Of a stretch of DNA of 64,000 nt, positions 26,401 through 35,200 are shown piece by piece. The position numbers and the translations under genes were made by a program. The stretch covers positions 66,936 to 130,935 of the forward strand of contig SVQW01000005.1 in assembly GCA_015065085.1 (NCBI GenBank). Direction: 5' to 3'. The stretch is from Oscillospiraceae bacterium. GTDB taxonomy: Bacteria; Bacillota; Clostridia; Oscillospirales; SIG627. Below the pieces are notes generated by a model. The model searched no databases. It worked only from the letters and a program-made list of their open reading frames with translations, and was not told where the DNA came from. Each line of letters begins with the position of its first letter. Position 1 is the first letter of the stretch.

Positions 26401-28717
26401 ATATTTCTTTACTATTATATATATCACAGGCAATGCCGATGTATTCATCGTTCAGGGTGTTGTACATACTGTGACGGTAAAGTCCCAGCTCGTCCTCAAA
26501 GGGATGTGTCATATGGCACAGCACACCGCATCCTCTGTCCATCCATGATTTTGTTTCGCGTATGCTGAAAAGTCGGGGATAAACGTCAGATTCGTCGGTT
26601 CGGTCGGTTTTTCCGGTGTAAAACAGCTCGCAAAGCCCGTAACGGACACCGTTTAAGGAGAGCTTTACGCCGTCAAAAATACTTTGCGTGCTTTCGCCCA
26701 TCAGCTCCTGCGCCGAAAATCTGCCGTTGAGTACGCACACATCGCGCACGAGAGCCGCCGCGGGAGCGTTGGCTTCAAGCTGTGCCAACGACTGCATAAG
26801 AGAGGTGTACAGCCCGTATTCGGGTATATACCAGAACAGCGGTCCGTAAGGCGGATAGGTTCCGTCGGCGGATTTTGTGAGAATGTCGCCCGCAAGAACC
26901 GTTTGCGCACATTCTTTATGGTTTACCAGCTCACAGCAGGCATCAAACAGCAAGGTGTATTCCTTTATGCCGAAAGTTGTTATAAGGCTGAAAAGCTGAT
27001 GTGCCGCATCGGCTTTAATAACGCTGTCCGCCTTGGCAAGATACAGCTTTATTACCGCTTCCCAGTAAGGGTCGCTGTAATGAGCGAACAGCTCCGACAC
27101 AGCCTCGGGCTTTCTGAGATTTCTGCTTCTGAACGAGGAGTTGAAGCAGTACACCGCCGTGAAGTATTCAAGGAACATTTTGTGGCTGAACTCGCCCTCT
27201 GTCACTATGGCGCGTTTTTGCAGATAACCCGACAAAAACCGCGTTCTTTTGGTCAGCGCCGCATCGTCATCGTCGTATTTTTCCCCCAGAACCTCCTCGA
27301 GAAGCTCGGTGAAGGTGTAATTTTCGCCCTCGGACAGCGTAACATACTTCTTGTAGGCGAAGCGGTTGAGAATATCGTTTATGTCGCTCTCCACCATTTC
27401 GCGGTACAACGGCAGAATGTCGCTCATGAGCTTTGTTTCCTCAAGATTGAGGGTTATTTTCAGCACTGCCTCCAGAATACCCGCAACGGTACGCGGAAGT
27501 GTGCCTGTTTTGTTGTAAATTGCGGCAAGCTGGCTGAGAAGCATCGGGTTGGAGCGGATTTCGCTGTCCAGCGCACTCAGACTGACGTAAAATGCTTCGC
27601 CCTTGCTTTGGTCACCCATAAGCACAAAAAGATTTGTGCCCAGCGTGTGTATATCATCATCGTCCAACGGCTCAAGCAGGTATTTTTTTATTTTGTAATC
27701 ACCGATAATAAGCTGATTAAGGTCCCTTTCACTGCGTCCCGTGAAAATAAGAGCGGTGTCGGTGCTGTTCAGCCTGAAATACTCCTCTGCTTTTTGGGCA
27801 AGCAAGGCGGTTGATGCACCGGTGGTTACCTCGTCCACACCGTCCAGCACGAGTATCAGCTTTTTTTCCGACAGCATTTTCCCGAAGTCATCGGAGGTCA
27901 AAAATGCTCTTTGCCCGCACACACTGTGGAATCGGCGGTACATCAGAGTGAAAAGGCTTTCATCGGATTTTGCCGCGTCGGCGCATTTTAAGGCTATTAC
28001 CACCTCGTTATTTTCGGCGGCGGCGTATATCTGATTGATGTAACGGCTTTTACCGCTTCCCGCCGCACCTCTGAGAAAGGATACCTGCCCAAGCTGCATC
28101 ATGGCGCGGGGAGAGTTTTCGGAAACTCCGTTGTCACAGGTTATTTTTCGGGGTACATAAAGCTTTGTAAAATCGAAGTTTATATCGCTGTCATCCTCAA
28201 AATCGCTGTACAGCGCGGAGATTTTTATATATTCCTCGCGCACGTTGCGTCGGTATTCGGTGTAAAAGCCCGACACAATGCTTTCTAACGCCTGGGCACA
28301 CACTTCTTCAAGCAGGTCTTTGCTTTTGTCCATGAGCACTGCGCTTATCTCGTATTTTCGGAAAACGGCGCATATATCGGATTCCTTGTAAAACCTCTCG
28401 GTGATGCAAACAGGAATGATGTGACTGCTCCACCACTCTCTTGTAGTGGGGTTTTCCAGCTTTTTGTATATCTCCTTAAGCTCCCAATCCATGCCCTCGC
28501 TGGAAAGGGAGTTTTCGGTTATGATTGCAATAAAAACGGTTGCCGAGGTGGCGGCGGCACGGCTCCAGTCCACGAAATTGCCGTAGCAGTGCATGTCCGA
28601 TTCCAATACCGTCACACCGCTCTCACTCAGACGGCGCTGTATGTCATCCTTTATTCGGGCATCCGCTCTCGTCCAGCTTATAAACACATCGCGTGGTCTT
28701 GTGTAAGTGTCAGACAT
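23459..28717 (-). CDS. TIR - NACHT (STAND NTPase) - BspA-type leucine-rich-repeat protein, 1752 aa; NLR-like candidate immune receptor
   Basis: TIR signature DVFISWTRAD..VFIAIITENSLSSEGMDWELKEI. Walker A is GAAGSGKS (28046-28069) and Walker B is LILVLDGVDEV (27827-27859), followed by SNPMLL. The last ~900 aa (23462-26160) are ~23-aa repeats of the form IG..AF..C..L..I.LP. I set the start at the ATG at 28717, which is preceded by GGGGGAA; the track start at 28828 adds 37 unlikely residues. Confidence 0.8.
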   Translation of the reverse strand: MSDTYTRPRDVFISWTRADARIKDDIQRRLSESGVTVLESDMHCYGNFVDWSRAAATSATVFIAIITENSLSSEGMDWELKEIYKKLENPTTREWWSSHIIPVCITERFYKESDICAVFRKYEISAVLMDKSKDLLEEVCAQALESIVSGFYTEYRRNVREEYIKISALYSDFEDDSDINFDFTKLYVPRKITCDNGVSENSPRAMMQLGQVSFLRGAAGSGKSRYINQIYAAAENNEVVIALKCADAAKSDESLFTLMYRRFHSVCGQRAFLTSDDFGKMLSEKKLILVLDGVDEVTTGASTALLAQKAEEYFRLNSTDTALIFTGRSERDLNQLIIGDYKIKKYLLEPLDDDDIHTLGTNLFVLMGDQSKGEAFYVSLSALDSEIRSNPMLLSQLAAIYNKTGTLPRTVAGILEAVLKITLNLEETKLMSDILPLYREMVESDINDILNRFAYKKYVTLSEGENYTFTELLEEVLGEKYDDDDAALTKRTRFLSGYLQKRAIVTEGEFSHKMFLEYFTAVYCFNSSFRSRNLRKPEAVSELFAHYSDPYWEAVIKLYLAKADSVIKADAAHQLFSLITTFGIKEYTLLFDACCELVNHKECAQTVLAGDILTKSADGTYPPYGPLFWYIPEYGLYTSLMQSLAQLEANAPAAALVRDVCVLNGRFSAQELMGESTQSIFDGVKLSLNGVRYGLCELFYTGKTDRTDESDVYPRLFSIRETKSWMDRGCGVLCHMTHPFEDELGLYRHSMYNTLNDEYIGIACDIYNSKEISRILSSKPCNKLCGLFLSDGDDTEISYIPFNRSELRHIILPENTTRLHRDYSLHAVLMADAACNKDGIVYFYDRVYIENTDEIPDGMFADRINLEQVYIGGGVRTIGKSAFEICVGLQNVVLPEGLESIGDKAFFGCDELSEIVFPQSLKSIGDWAFFNCSSLTVLNLPDKITEIPDGAFSNCRRIMTVNLPPMLTAIHAHAFNKCEGITFLSLPNTLKALGGSAFMGCKRLMKISIPDGVTLIPSQLFASCEALVGVELPDSVTKISAEAFENCCRLKSIKLPDSISEIGLMAFSDCTSLERIELPDGIDTINRATFAGCDSLREVKLPRSLKTVKSRAFYSCESLTSLDFAQGLTDIHPCAFENCISLSYVNLPDTLECVGMDFFAKESRVFAGCVSLKELTVPDSVLLMGKDTFVNCENLTSLILPRNFRGEEAFLGIPEGTQVKFNLIDVEERELIIPDGTTEIAPDAYRDDLSIVSVKIPEGVTKIGDNAFGGCENLAAITLPQSLTHIGKMAFGSCLSLKSIVLPRGVTEIASAAFDTCNALENVEIQGEIISVGANAFTGCKSLKSINLPDSLIEVGDYAFEDCVSLAELKLPYGVERMGEAAFSGCSALKEIIIPTAVTAIPEHAFFACESLSRAILHDGVKSIGKNAFSSCRSLTQIKLPDALEEIGEKAFAKCNTLREAVLPPLIKALGTSVFEDCTRLKYVCLGDSTESVGNYAFGGCFSLEEIHLPQCLTRIGASAFEGCESLEHISLPRGLSYIDRNAFSGCASLREITVPSGVEVLGGKLIDDRDADYDYGGVFEGCESLEYAKLECPLTELENRLFNNCRSLRQIILPDTVESIKFAAFSGCASLETISLPKGIKHLADCTFADCVSLKEFDLPEGVSYVGNHLFEGCTSLVRIGLHSGIGDIGRFAFRNCRSLKQLTLGAELRNIGKGAFKGCNGLEKIFLSANFKELVPVIFGDIDTKIIEYI

Positions 28718-28750
28718 ATCATGTTCCCCCGTATGTTTTATTACCTTTAT

Positions 28751-28779
28751 ATTATACATTCTTTTTTTGAAAAAATCAA
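28751..28779 (-). promoter_or_regulatory. Sigma-A-type promoter of the TIR-NACHT-LRR gene
   Basis: On the minus strand: TTGATT (28779-28774), a 17-nt spacer, then TATAAT (28756-28751), about 35 nt upstream of the ATG. Confidence 0.6.
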
Positions 28780-28884
28780 CACATGGTTTATTGCAAATTG
28801 CACGGCGCACTGCATTCGCAAAAAGCACTTTTACTAAAGAAAAAAGTTTTTTCTGTGCAAAATTGATAAATTTACTTTTTTCTA

Positions 28885-28913
28885 TTGCAATTATTTTGAA
28901 TTTGTGCTAGAAT
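28885..28913 (+). promoter_or_regulatory. Sigma-A-type promoter of the 1572-aa secreted protein gene
   Basis: TTGCAA (28885-28890), a 17-nt spacer ending in TGc (extended -10), then TAGAAT (28908-28913). Confidence 0.6.
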
Positions 28914-28995
28914 TATAACTGTATAGGTGCCGTTAGTGCAATTTGATATTGTTTTACGGCATATAAATAACTATAATTTTATAAGGAGAAGACTC

Positions 28996-31900
28996 ATGAA
29001 AAAGACTCTTTGTTTACTTACTCTTTCATTATTGCTCGTTGCGGCAATGATTTTGGGTGTAAGCGCTAAGGTCGAAAGCACAGATGTCGGTCTGTACATC
29101 CGTTTTGACAGTGCTGAAAGCATTGCTCAGTATGTGACAGATGCAACCAGCGGCATCAACATGGATTTCGATGCAGAAAAGGGCGCTATGCACTACACCG
29201 CGGCAGCATCCGACCAATATTTCAAGGTTGGTAATTTTACTTCCTTTGATGCTGTTCAGTACCCCTACATGCGTATCACCTATATGGCAGACAGGAAGAT
29301 AGACTCCATTTACCTTATCGCAAACGGTACCAGCATTCTTAATGCTCTTAGCGACGCAGGTATGGTTGCAGGCACCGATAAGTGGAGCCGCTTCTTATAC
29401 GACTGGAGAAAGATTTCGGGAGTAGGAACCGAGTCCTGCACTCTCAATGACCTCAGATTAGACATACCCAACGACAATGTCGCGGCTGAATTGTGGATTT
29501 ACGACATCGGCTTCTTCAAGACCATTGAAGCGGCTCAGGCGTACAAGCACAACCAGTCCAATGTCGTACTTGACATGACCGACCCTGCAGTTGTTGACAG
29601 AACAAGCGGTACCTCGGGCGGTAAGTGGTATTATGACGAGGAGCTGGGTGCGGCTAAATTCGTTCACGACCAGGCTACATATATCCCCGATAACCCCGAG
29701 ACCGAGGCGAATGACCCCGTAAACGTTGATGCCCGTGCAAGAATAGACGTGGCTGTTGAAGAATACTTCAGCCTTGAAAATTACCCCTACGGTAACATTA
29801 TGGCACTGGCAGGTAACACCGATTATACCTACGCTCAGGCACAGGCAATGTCCGAACAGGAAAGAAATGAGACTGTCACAGGTGTTATCCCTTACAGACA
29901 TTACCTCATCAACGAGGTGTCTAATTCAAACTTAAAAGCTGATATCTGGAGCGGATGCGGCGGCGGAACCCAGTACCTGATCAATAACAAGGGCTTTACC
30001 TGGCAGTTCACCGAGTTCGACCTGAGCGCAAATGTTTCCGGCAAAAACGGCTCTGTCGTTGTACGCCACGTATTTGACCCTATCGATAAGAATGCTGACA
30101 CAACAGGTAAGGAATACAGAGCGTATAAGTACATCGCTTACTACGCAACCGCAGAGGAAGCGGCACTGGAAACTCAGGGTGCTCCCCGCGGACTTGAGGG
30201 TGTTATGCCCGCAGATGCGGCAAACACCGGTAAAATTACCGGTCTTGATGCCGGCCTTTCCTATGAATACCGTGTGAGCGGTAACGCTAACGCTTACACC
30301 GCAGTAGCAGCAGGTGCAACCGAAATTACCGGTCTTGCAGGCGGTAAGACCTACGACGTACGTCTTGCAGGCGAAGAGGGCGTTAAGAACCCCGGTTATG
30401 CCGCAGAAGTTACCGTACCTGCTTACACCAAGTTTGTTATCAACTCCGTTGAGGGTGTTAACGATGCAGTTATCACCGAGACCTCTGCCGGCAACTGGAA
30501 GGTAGAGCTTCCCATCGGTACAAATCTTTCTGCCGTTAAGCTCAATACAACCGCATACTACGGTGCAAATAATGCCACCGTTACGGCTTACGGCGATTCC
30601 AACCGTGCATCCATCGGAGCACTGAATGTTTCCGAAAACGTGGCAAACGAGACCCCCGTTGAGCTGGCTCTTTACTATACAAGACAGCTTTACATGCCCA
30701 TAACCGTTACCTTCGCTCTCAAGGGCGCAGAGGGCGGTGCACAGAGTGTTGTAGAACTCATTGCCAATCAGCTTGAAGATGTAGAAATCAATGAACAGAT
30801 TTTTGTAGGTATTACTACTTCCGCTGATGCAAAAGCTGCTATTGAAGCAGCCGCAGGTATTGCCATTACCGAAGCAAGCCTTCCCGGTCTTGACATTGAA
30901 GTTTCGGTTGAAAGCTTTGAAGCCGCTACCGCAGGTACCGCTGAGGATATCGACGGTGAGGACCAAAGCCTTACCTATAAGTTTATCGTATCCTATCAGG
31001 GCGCAACTGACGAAACCGAAATCGCAACTCTTGCAGTTCCCGCCGCTCACTTCCGTGTGCTGTGGAAGTTCAACGACCAGGAGCTTGCAAATAAGTTCGG
31101 AGTATCAGGTCCCGGCTTTGTTAAAACCGCTGACAACAAGCTTCCCATTATCAAGGACGGCGATAAGTACTATATGCGTGCCGAAATTGCCGAGGGCGGC
31201 AAGAACGGCGGCGACGGTTATATAATGTGGACAGCCGCAAGTGATGATGCTGTAAAGAGCGGAGACTACACCGCTATGCTCAACGCAGACGATTATCCTT
31301 ACGTTGTATTCAGCTACCGTTCCTCCGAAGCTATGCCCAGCGCATCTTCAGGTTCAGGTATAGGCATCTACTGGGCAACCTCCTTCAACATCCTCAACAA
31401 CACCTTTGTTGGCGATGCAGATAATCCTGTAAGCGGTATCTACTACGGCTACAAGTGGGCACGCAACCAGGGCTACTGGAATGTTACCGGTGACGCTGCA
31501 CCCAAGAACACAGCAGGAACCAAGCTTGTTATCGATTATCCCAACGGCACAAGCGGTGTTAACCTGGCATCCAGCGGTGCTGTTGAAAATCCCGACGGCT
31601 CTATCAACTACAATGCAACTGTTAAATACCCCTGGAGAAGCGACCTTGTTTCCTGGAGAATGGATATCTCCAAGAGCGCTAACGTTGCCGAGGGCGAGTA
31701 CTTTGACCTCGAATATGTCGCATTCTTTGCAACCAAGGCAGAAGCCGAAGCTTTTGCAGGCGAAGTTGCATTCCCCTTTGATGGAATTGGCAAGGAAGTT
31801 GTCGAAGTTTACACATTACCCGATATTGACGGTCTCGAGGCAGGAACCGAAGAAGCTGTTGCCAACGCAGTTGAAGCAGACTTTGTCGAGCAACTTACCG

Positions 31901-33714
31901 CAGGCGGATACGCCTTTACAAGTGTACATGTTGACACCGTAAGCTACACCGGCTATAACCTTGCGGAAAGCGAGAATGGCGAGCTGAAGTACACCGTTAC
32001 CGTTATAGGCGAAGGTCCTCTGGGCGACCGCGATACTTATACCTCCGCAGTTAAGACCACCGTTATCACCGTTCCCGATCTGGACGTACAGGATGCAATC
32101 GATGAGATCAATGCACTTAAAGGTACCGACGTATTTGTCGTAAAGGGAATTAAGACCGAGCAGCAGGCTCTTGATTATATTGCTGAGGTTATTGCACCTA
32201 TCATCGACAGGTACAACGGTATTGAGTTCGAGATAACAGGCAGAGTCGAATTTGTTGCTCCTGCTGAAGGTGAAACTGGAAACTTCTCCTTTGAAGTAAG
32301 ATATGGCAACAACTATGTTACAGAAGATATCCCCATGGTCCTTATAGGTCCTGCAAAGCCCATTATCTTCAACTTTGCAAACCCCATTACCAGAACCAAC
32401 TTCACCTTTACCGCCACCGGCAGAGGAAAGACCATTACGGCTGTTGAAAATGAGGACGCACTGGGCGGCGCTGTTGCCAAGTATGTAAGACCTGCTACCG
32501 GCCCCGAGTTCAACCTCAACACCAAGATGGGTATTAACGGTATGCCCGCTATCGAGGAGCTGAGCGATTATCAGGTAATTGTATATCGTTACAAGGCTCC
32601 CAATAACCTCCAGAACCAGATTTACTACTACACCGACAGCTACACCGGCGGTAATATGTACTACAACCTGCCTCTGGCAGCGGGAACCACTGATGAATGG
32701 TACACCCACTATGTTGAAACCGGCAAGGGCGGTGCGGAAACTCCCGCGAACTCTGTTGTAGGCGACGGAAGCTGGGCTAACGCTCTTGAATCCATCCGTT
32801 TTGACTTCTACCGTGCAGGCGCAAATCACAGCCTTGAAAACAATACTCTGGAAATCGACTACATCGGCTTCTTCGCAGACCGTGAACAGGCTGACGCATT
32901 CGTGGCTAACCCCACTATGGCTGACTACAACCCCGCAGCTCTGAAGGCACAGTATCAGGCTTACCTTGACATCGTCGACGATGTTGAAAACACCGAGTAC
33001 ACCGTTACCTCCGCAATGAATGAGGGCGGCTTTGTAGCTGATGCTCAGTATATTGTTGACAAATACTTCGGTCTGCCCGAGGATACCGAGTACTACATTG
33101 TTATCAAGGACGACTTCACACAAGACGAAGTAACAGGCAAGAGCGACACCGAATACGATGACTTTACCGCCATCGACGGTCAGTTCACCTTCACCGTTGC
33201 ATTTGCAAACCACACTACCAACGGCAATGTTGTTGAGTCCAAGGAATTCACCGTAAATGTAATCGCCGACCACCGCAGAGTTGATTTGTACGAAAATGGC
33301 ACCGATGAAACAATCGGTAAGTTCATCCGTATAGGTACTCTCATGGATAAGGATTGGATGGCTAACGTTAAGGACAACGGAACTCTCACCTACGGTATGC
33401 TCATCACCTCCAAGGCGGTTTGGGATGAAATAAAGGCTGATTACGAGGATGGCTTTACTCACGAGGTTGCAGGTATACTCAATGCAGGTGAGGATAAGTT
33501 TGTTCAGGATGTAGAGTTTGTAAACATCTATGCTCAGGACAATGATAAGAACACCATTACCCACACTGCACGTATCGCAGTTCCCGCGGGTCAGGAGGAT
33601 ACATTCCTTTATGCACGTGCTTATGTTAAGTACACCTTCGACGGTGTTGAAGTTATCGACTACTTCGGCGCAAGCGAAGTAAGCTTCAACAATCCCGACC
33701 CCAACGCAAGATAA
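28996..33714 (+). CDS. Giant secreted protein (1572 aa) built from an unnamed repeated module plus FN3/Ig-like segments; paralogue of 51388-54945
   Basis: Signal peptide MKKTLCLLTLSLLLVAAMILGVSA, with AAGGAG before the ATG at 28996. Module ends recur four times (..YDIGFFKTIEAA, YIAYYATAEEAA, YVAFFATKAEAE, YIGFFADREQAD). No cell-wall anchor motif was seen. Confidence 0.8.
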   Translation: MKKTLCLLTLSLLLVAAMILGVSAKVESTDVGLYIRFDSAESIAQYVTDATSGINMDFDAEKGAMHYTAAASDQYFKVGNFTSFDAVQYPYMRITYMADRKIDSIYLIANGTSILNALSDAGMVAGTDKWSRFLYDWRKISGVGTESCTLNDLRLDIPNDNVAAELWIYDIGFFKTIEAAQAYKHNQSNVVLDMTDPAVVDRTSGTSGGKWYYDEELGAAKFVHDQATYIPDNPETEANDPVNVDARARIDVAVEEYFSLENYPYGNIMALAGNTDYTYAQAQAMSEQERNETVTGVIPYRHYLINEVSNSNLKADIWSGCGGGTQYLINNKGFTWQFTEFDLSANVSGKNGSVVVRHVFDPIDKNADTTGKEYRAYKYIAYYATAEEAALETQGAPRGLEGVMPADAANTGKITGLDAGLSYEYRVSGNANAYTAVAAGATEITGLAGGKTYDVRLAGEEGVKNPGYAAEVTVPAYTKFVINSVEGVNDAVITETSAGNWKVELPIGTNLSAVKLNTTAYYGANNATVTAYGDSNRASIGALNVSENVANETPVELALYYTRQLYMPITVTFALKGAEGGAQSVVELIANQLEDVEINEQIFVGITTSADAKAAIEAAAGIAITEASLPGLDIEVSVESFEAATAGTAEDIDGEDQSLTYKFIVSYQGATDETEIATLAVPAAHFRVLWKFNDQELANKFGVSGPGFVKTADNKLPIIKDGDKYYMRAEIAEGGKNGGDGYIMWTAASDDAVKSGDYTAMLNADDYPYVVFSYRSSEAMPSASSGSGIGIYWATSFNILNNTFVGDADNPVSGIYYGYKWARNQGYWNVTGDAAPKNTAGTKLVIDYPNGTSGVNLASSGAVENPDGSINYNATVKYPWRSDLVSWRMDISKSANVAEGEYFDLEYVAFFATKAEAEAFAGEVAFPFDGIGKEVVEVYTLPDIDGLEAGTEEAVANAVEADFVEQLTAGGYAFTSVHVDTVSYTGYNLAESENGELKYTVTVIGEGPLGDRDTYTSAVKTTVITVPDLDVQDAIDEINALKGTDVFVVKGIKTEQQALDYIAEVIAPIIDRYNGIEFEITGRVEFVAPAEGETGNFSFEVRYGNNYVTEDIPMVLIGPAKPIIFNFANPITRTNFTFTATGRGKTITAVENEDALGGAVAKYVRPATGPEFNLNTKMGINGMPAIEELSDYQVIVYRYKAPNNLQNQIYYYTDSYTGGNMYYNLPLAAGTTDEWYTHYVETGKGGAETPANSVVGDGSWANALESIRFDFYRAGANHSLENNTLEIDYIGFFADREQADAFVANPTMADYNPAALKAQYQAYLDIVDDVENTEYTVTSAMNEGGFVADAQYIVDKYFGLPEDTEYYIVIKDDFTQDEVTGKSDTEYDDFTAIDGQFTFTVAFANHTTNGNVVESKEFTVNVIADHRRVDLYENGTDETIGKFIRIGTLMDKDWMANVKDNGTLTYGMLITSKAVWDEIKADYEDGFTHEVAGILNAGEDKFVQDVEFVNIYAQDNDKNTITHTARIAVPAGQEDTFLYARAYVKYTFDGVEVIDYFGASEVSFNNPDPNAR

Positions 33715-33744
33715 TAAAAACAACAGACTGTATCTGATACAAAT

Positions 33745-33777
33745 AACAGGGAATCTTCGGATTCCCTGTTGTTTTTT
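33745..33777 (+). terminator. Rho-independent terminator
   Basis: aacagggaatc-ttcg-gattccctgtt followed by gtttttt. Confidence 0.85.
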
Positions 33778-33924
33778 CTTTGAGGGAAGCCCGGAGTGCA
33801 TGATGCTTGAATTACGGCAGGCACACGGATTGCCGTCGGTAACTATGCCGTGACTTGCAAAATCTGCGAAAATGTGGTATACTTTATATGTACGCTTAAC
33901 CATTACAAAAAAATGGAGATAATT

Positions 33925-35133
33925 ATGGAAAAAATCAAGCTTTTATTTGTAGGTATAACAATGCACTGCGGCGGAAGTGAAAAATCCTTTTTGTCATTTG
34001 TCAATTGCCTGGATTTTGACCGATTTGAGGTGGATCTGGTGCTGGCTAAAAAGGACGGACTTTTCATGTCCCAGCTTCCCAAGCAGATTAATGTAATAGA
34101 AATGGAAAAGTACGGCGAGCATTTTCTTTTGTCCAACAAAAACGCCGTAAGCTGTCTTTTCAACACCTTTATAAAGAAAAATCCGCTGTATGCCTTTGAT
34201 ATTCTGCCGTATTTCTTAAAGGCGGTATTCTGCCGTAAGTCCTGGAGCGATACGGGCGGACGGCTTTGGGTGCACATGATGCAGAAAATGAAGCCGCTGG
34301 ACAAAAAATATGACATCGCCGTTGCATATTGGGGCGACAGAGCCATGTTTTACATGATAGATAAAGTAAAGGCGGATAAAAAAATCACCTGGCTTCACTT
34401 TGACTATGCCCATCCCAAGAGGGATAACGAACTGTATCTTAAATATTTTTCCAAGTGCGATGCCATTGTCAACGTGTCCACCATGGTGGATGACGCGCTT
34501 AAGGGCGAGCTTCCCGAATTGAGCGACAAGTGCCTGGTTATCGAGAATATAAATAACCCCATACTTATAAATCAGCTTGCCGATTCGGGCGAGGATTTTC
34601 CCGATGCCGATTATAAGGGCAAGAGAATACTTACCGTGGGACGCATTGCGGAGCAGAAGGGCTATGATTTTGCCGTAAAAGCCATGAGCCTTCTGAAAAA
34701 GGACGGCATTGACGCCAAATGGTATGTGCTGGGGGACGGCGATGAGGATTATAAAGAGTACATACGTTCCCTCATTGACGAAGCAGATGTGGCAGACCGC
34801 TTTGTATTTCTGGGCACTACCCCCAATCCGTACTCCTACATGAAAAAATGCGACATATATGCTCAGCCCTCCCGCTTTGAGGGTAAGCCCATTTCGGTGG
34901 AGGAGGCAAAGATTTTAAGAAAGCCCATTGTTGCGGCGAAATATCTTTCCGCTCCCGAACAGCTTTGCGACGGGAAGTACGGCATGATAGCCGAGATGAG
35001 CGGTGAGGGTGTGTACGAAAAGCTTAAAATCATGCTTACCGACCCCGCTGTTCCCGAAATGTATGAAAAAGAACTGGGCGAGCACGATTTTTCAAACACC
35101 TGCGAGATAGAAAAGTTCTACAATATTATTTGA
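33925..35133 (+). CDS. Glycosyltransferase, GT4-like (GT-B fold)
   Basis: RILTVGRIAEQKGYD..LGDG and an EX7E motif (RFEGKPISVEEA). I moved the start to the ATG at 33925, which has a GGAG 7 nt upstream. Confidence 0.8.
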   Translation: MEKIKLLFVGITMHCGGSEKSFLSFVNCLDFDRFEVDLVLAKKDGLFMSQLPKQINVIEMEKYGEHFLLSNKNAVSCLFNTFIKKNPLYAFDILPYFLKAVFCRKSWSDTGGRLWVHMMQKMKPLDKKYDIAVAYWGDRAMFYMIDKVKADKKITWLHFDYAHPKRDNELYLKYFSKCDAIVNVSTMVDDALKGELPELSDKCLVIENINNPILINQLADSGEDFPDADYKGKRILTVGRIAEQKGYDFAVKAMSLLKKDGIDAKWYVLGDGDEDYKEYIRSLIDEADVADRFVFLGTTPNPYSYMKKCDIYAQPSRFEGKPISVEEAKILRKPIVAAKYLSAPEQLCDGKYGMIAEMSGEGVYEKLKIMLTDPAVPEMYEKELGEHDFSNTCEIEKFYNII

Positions 35134-35200
35134 TTGTTTACACAATACTGTTGATAATTCCTTATTAAAGAAATAAAATATATCTGTGGAATGGTGAAGT

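Noticed and set aside
26684-27814. 376-aa plus-strand ORF inside the NACHT region. Many 60-200-aa plus-strand ORFs also lie across the LRR region (23435-26568).
   Set aside because: They overlap the single long minus-strand ORF, which carries TIR, Walker A/B and LRR signatures. Their translations have no recognisable features.
29932-33903. Antisense ORFs of 372 aa (29932-31050) and 695 aa (31816-33903) opposite the 1572-aa secreted protein. There is a similar 621-aa ORF at 47934-49799 opposite the S-layer gene and a 305-aa ORF at 52270-53187 opposite the paralogue.
   Set aside because: No RBS or motifs, and composition is typical of reverse-frame translation of biased genes. The sense-strand genes have signal peptides, promoters and paralogy support.
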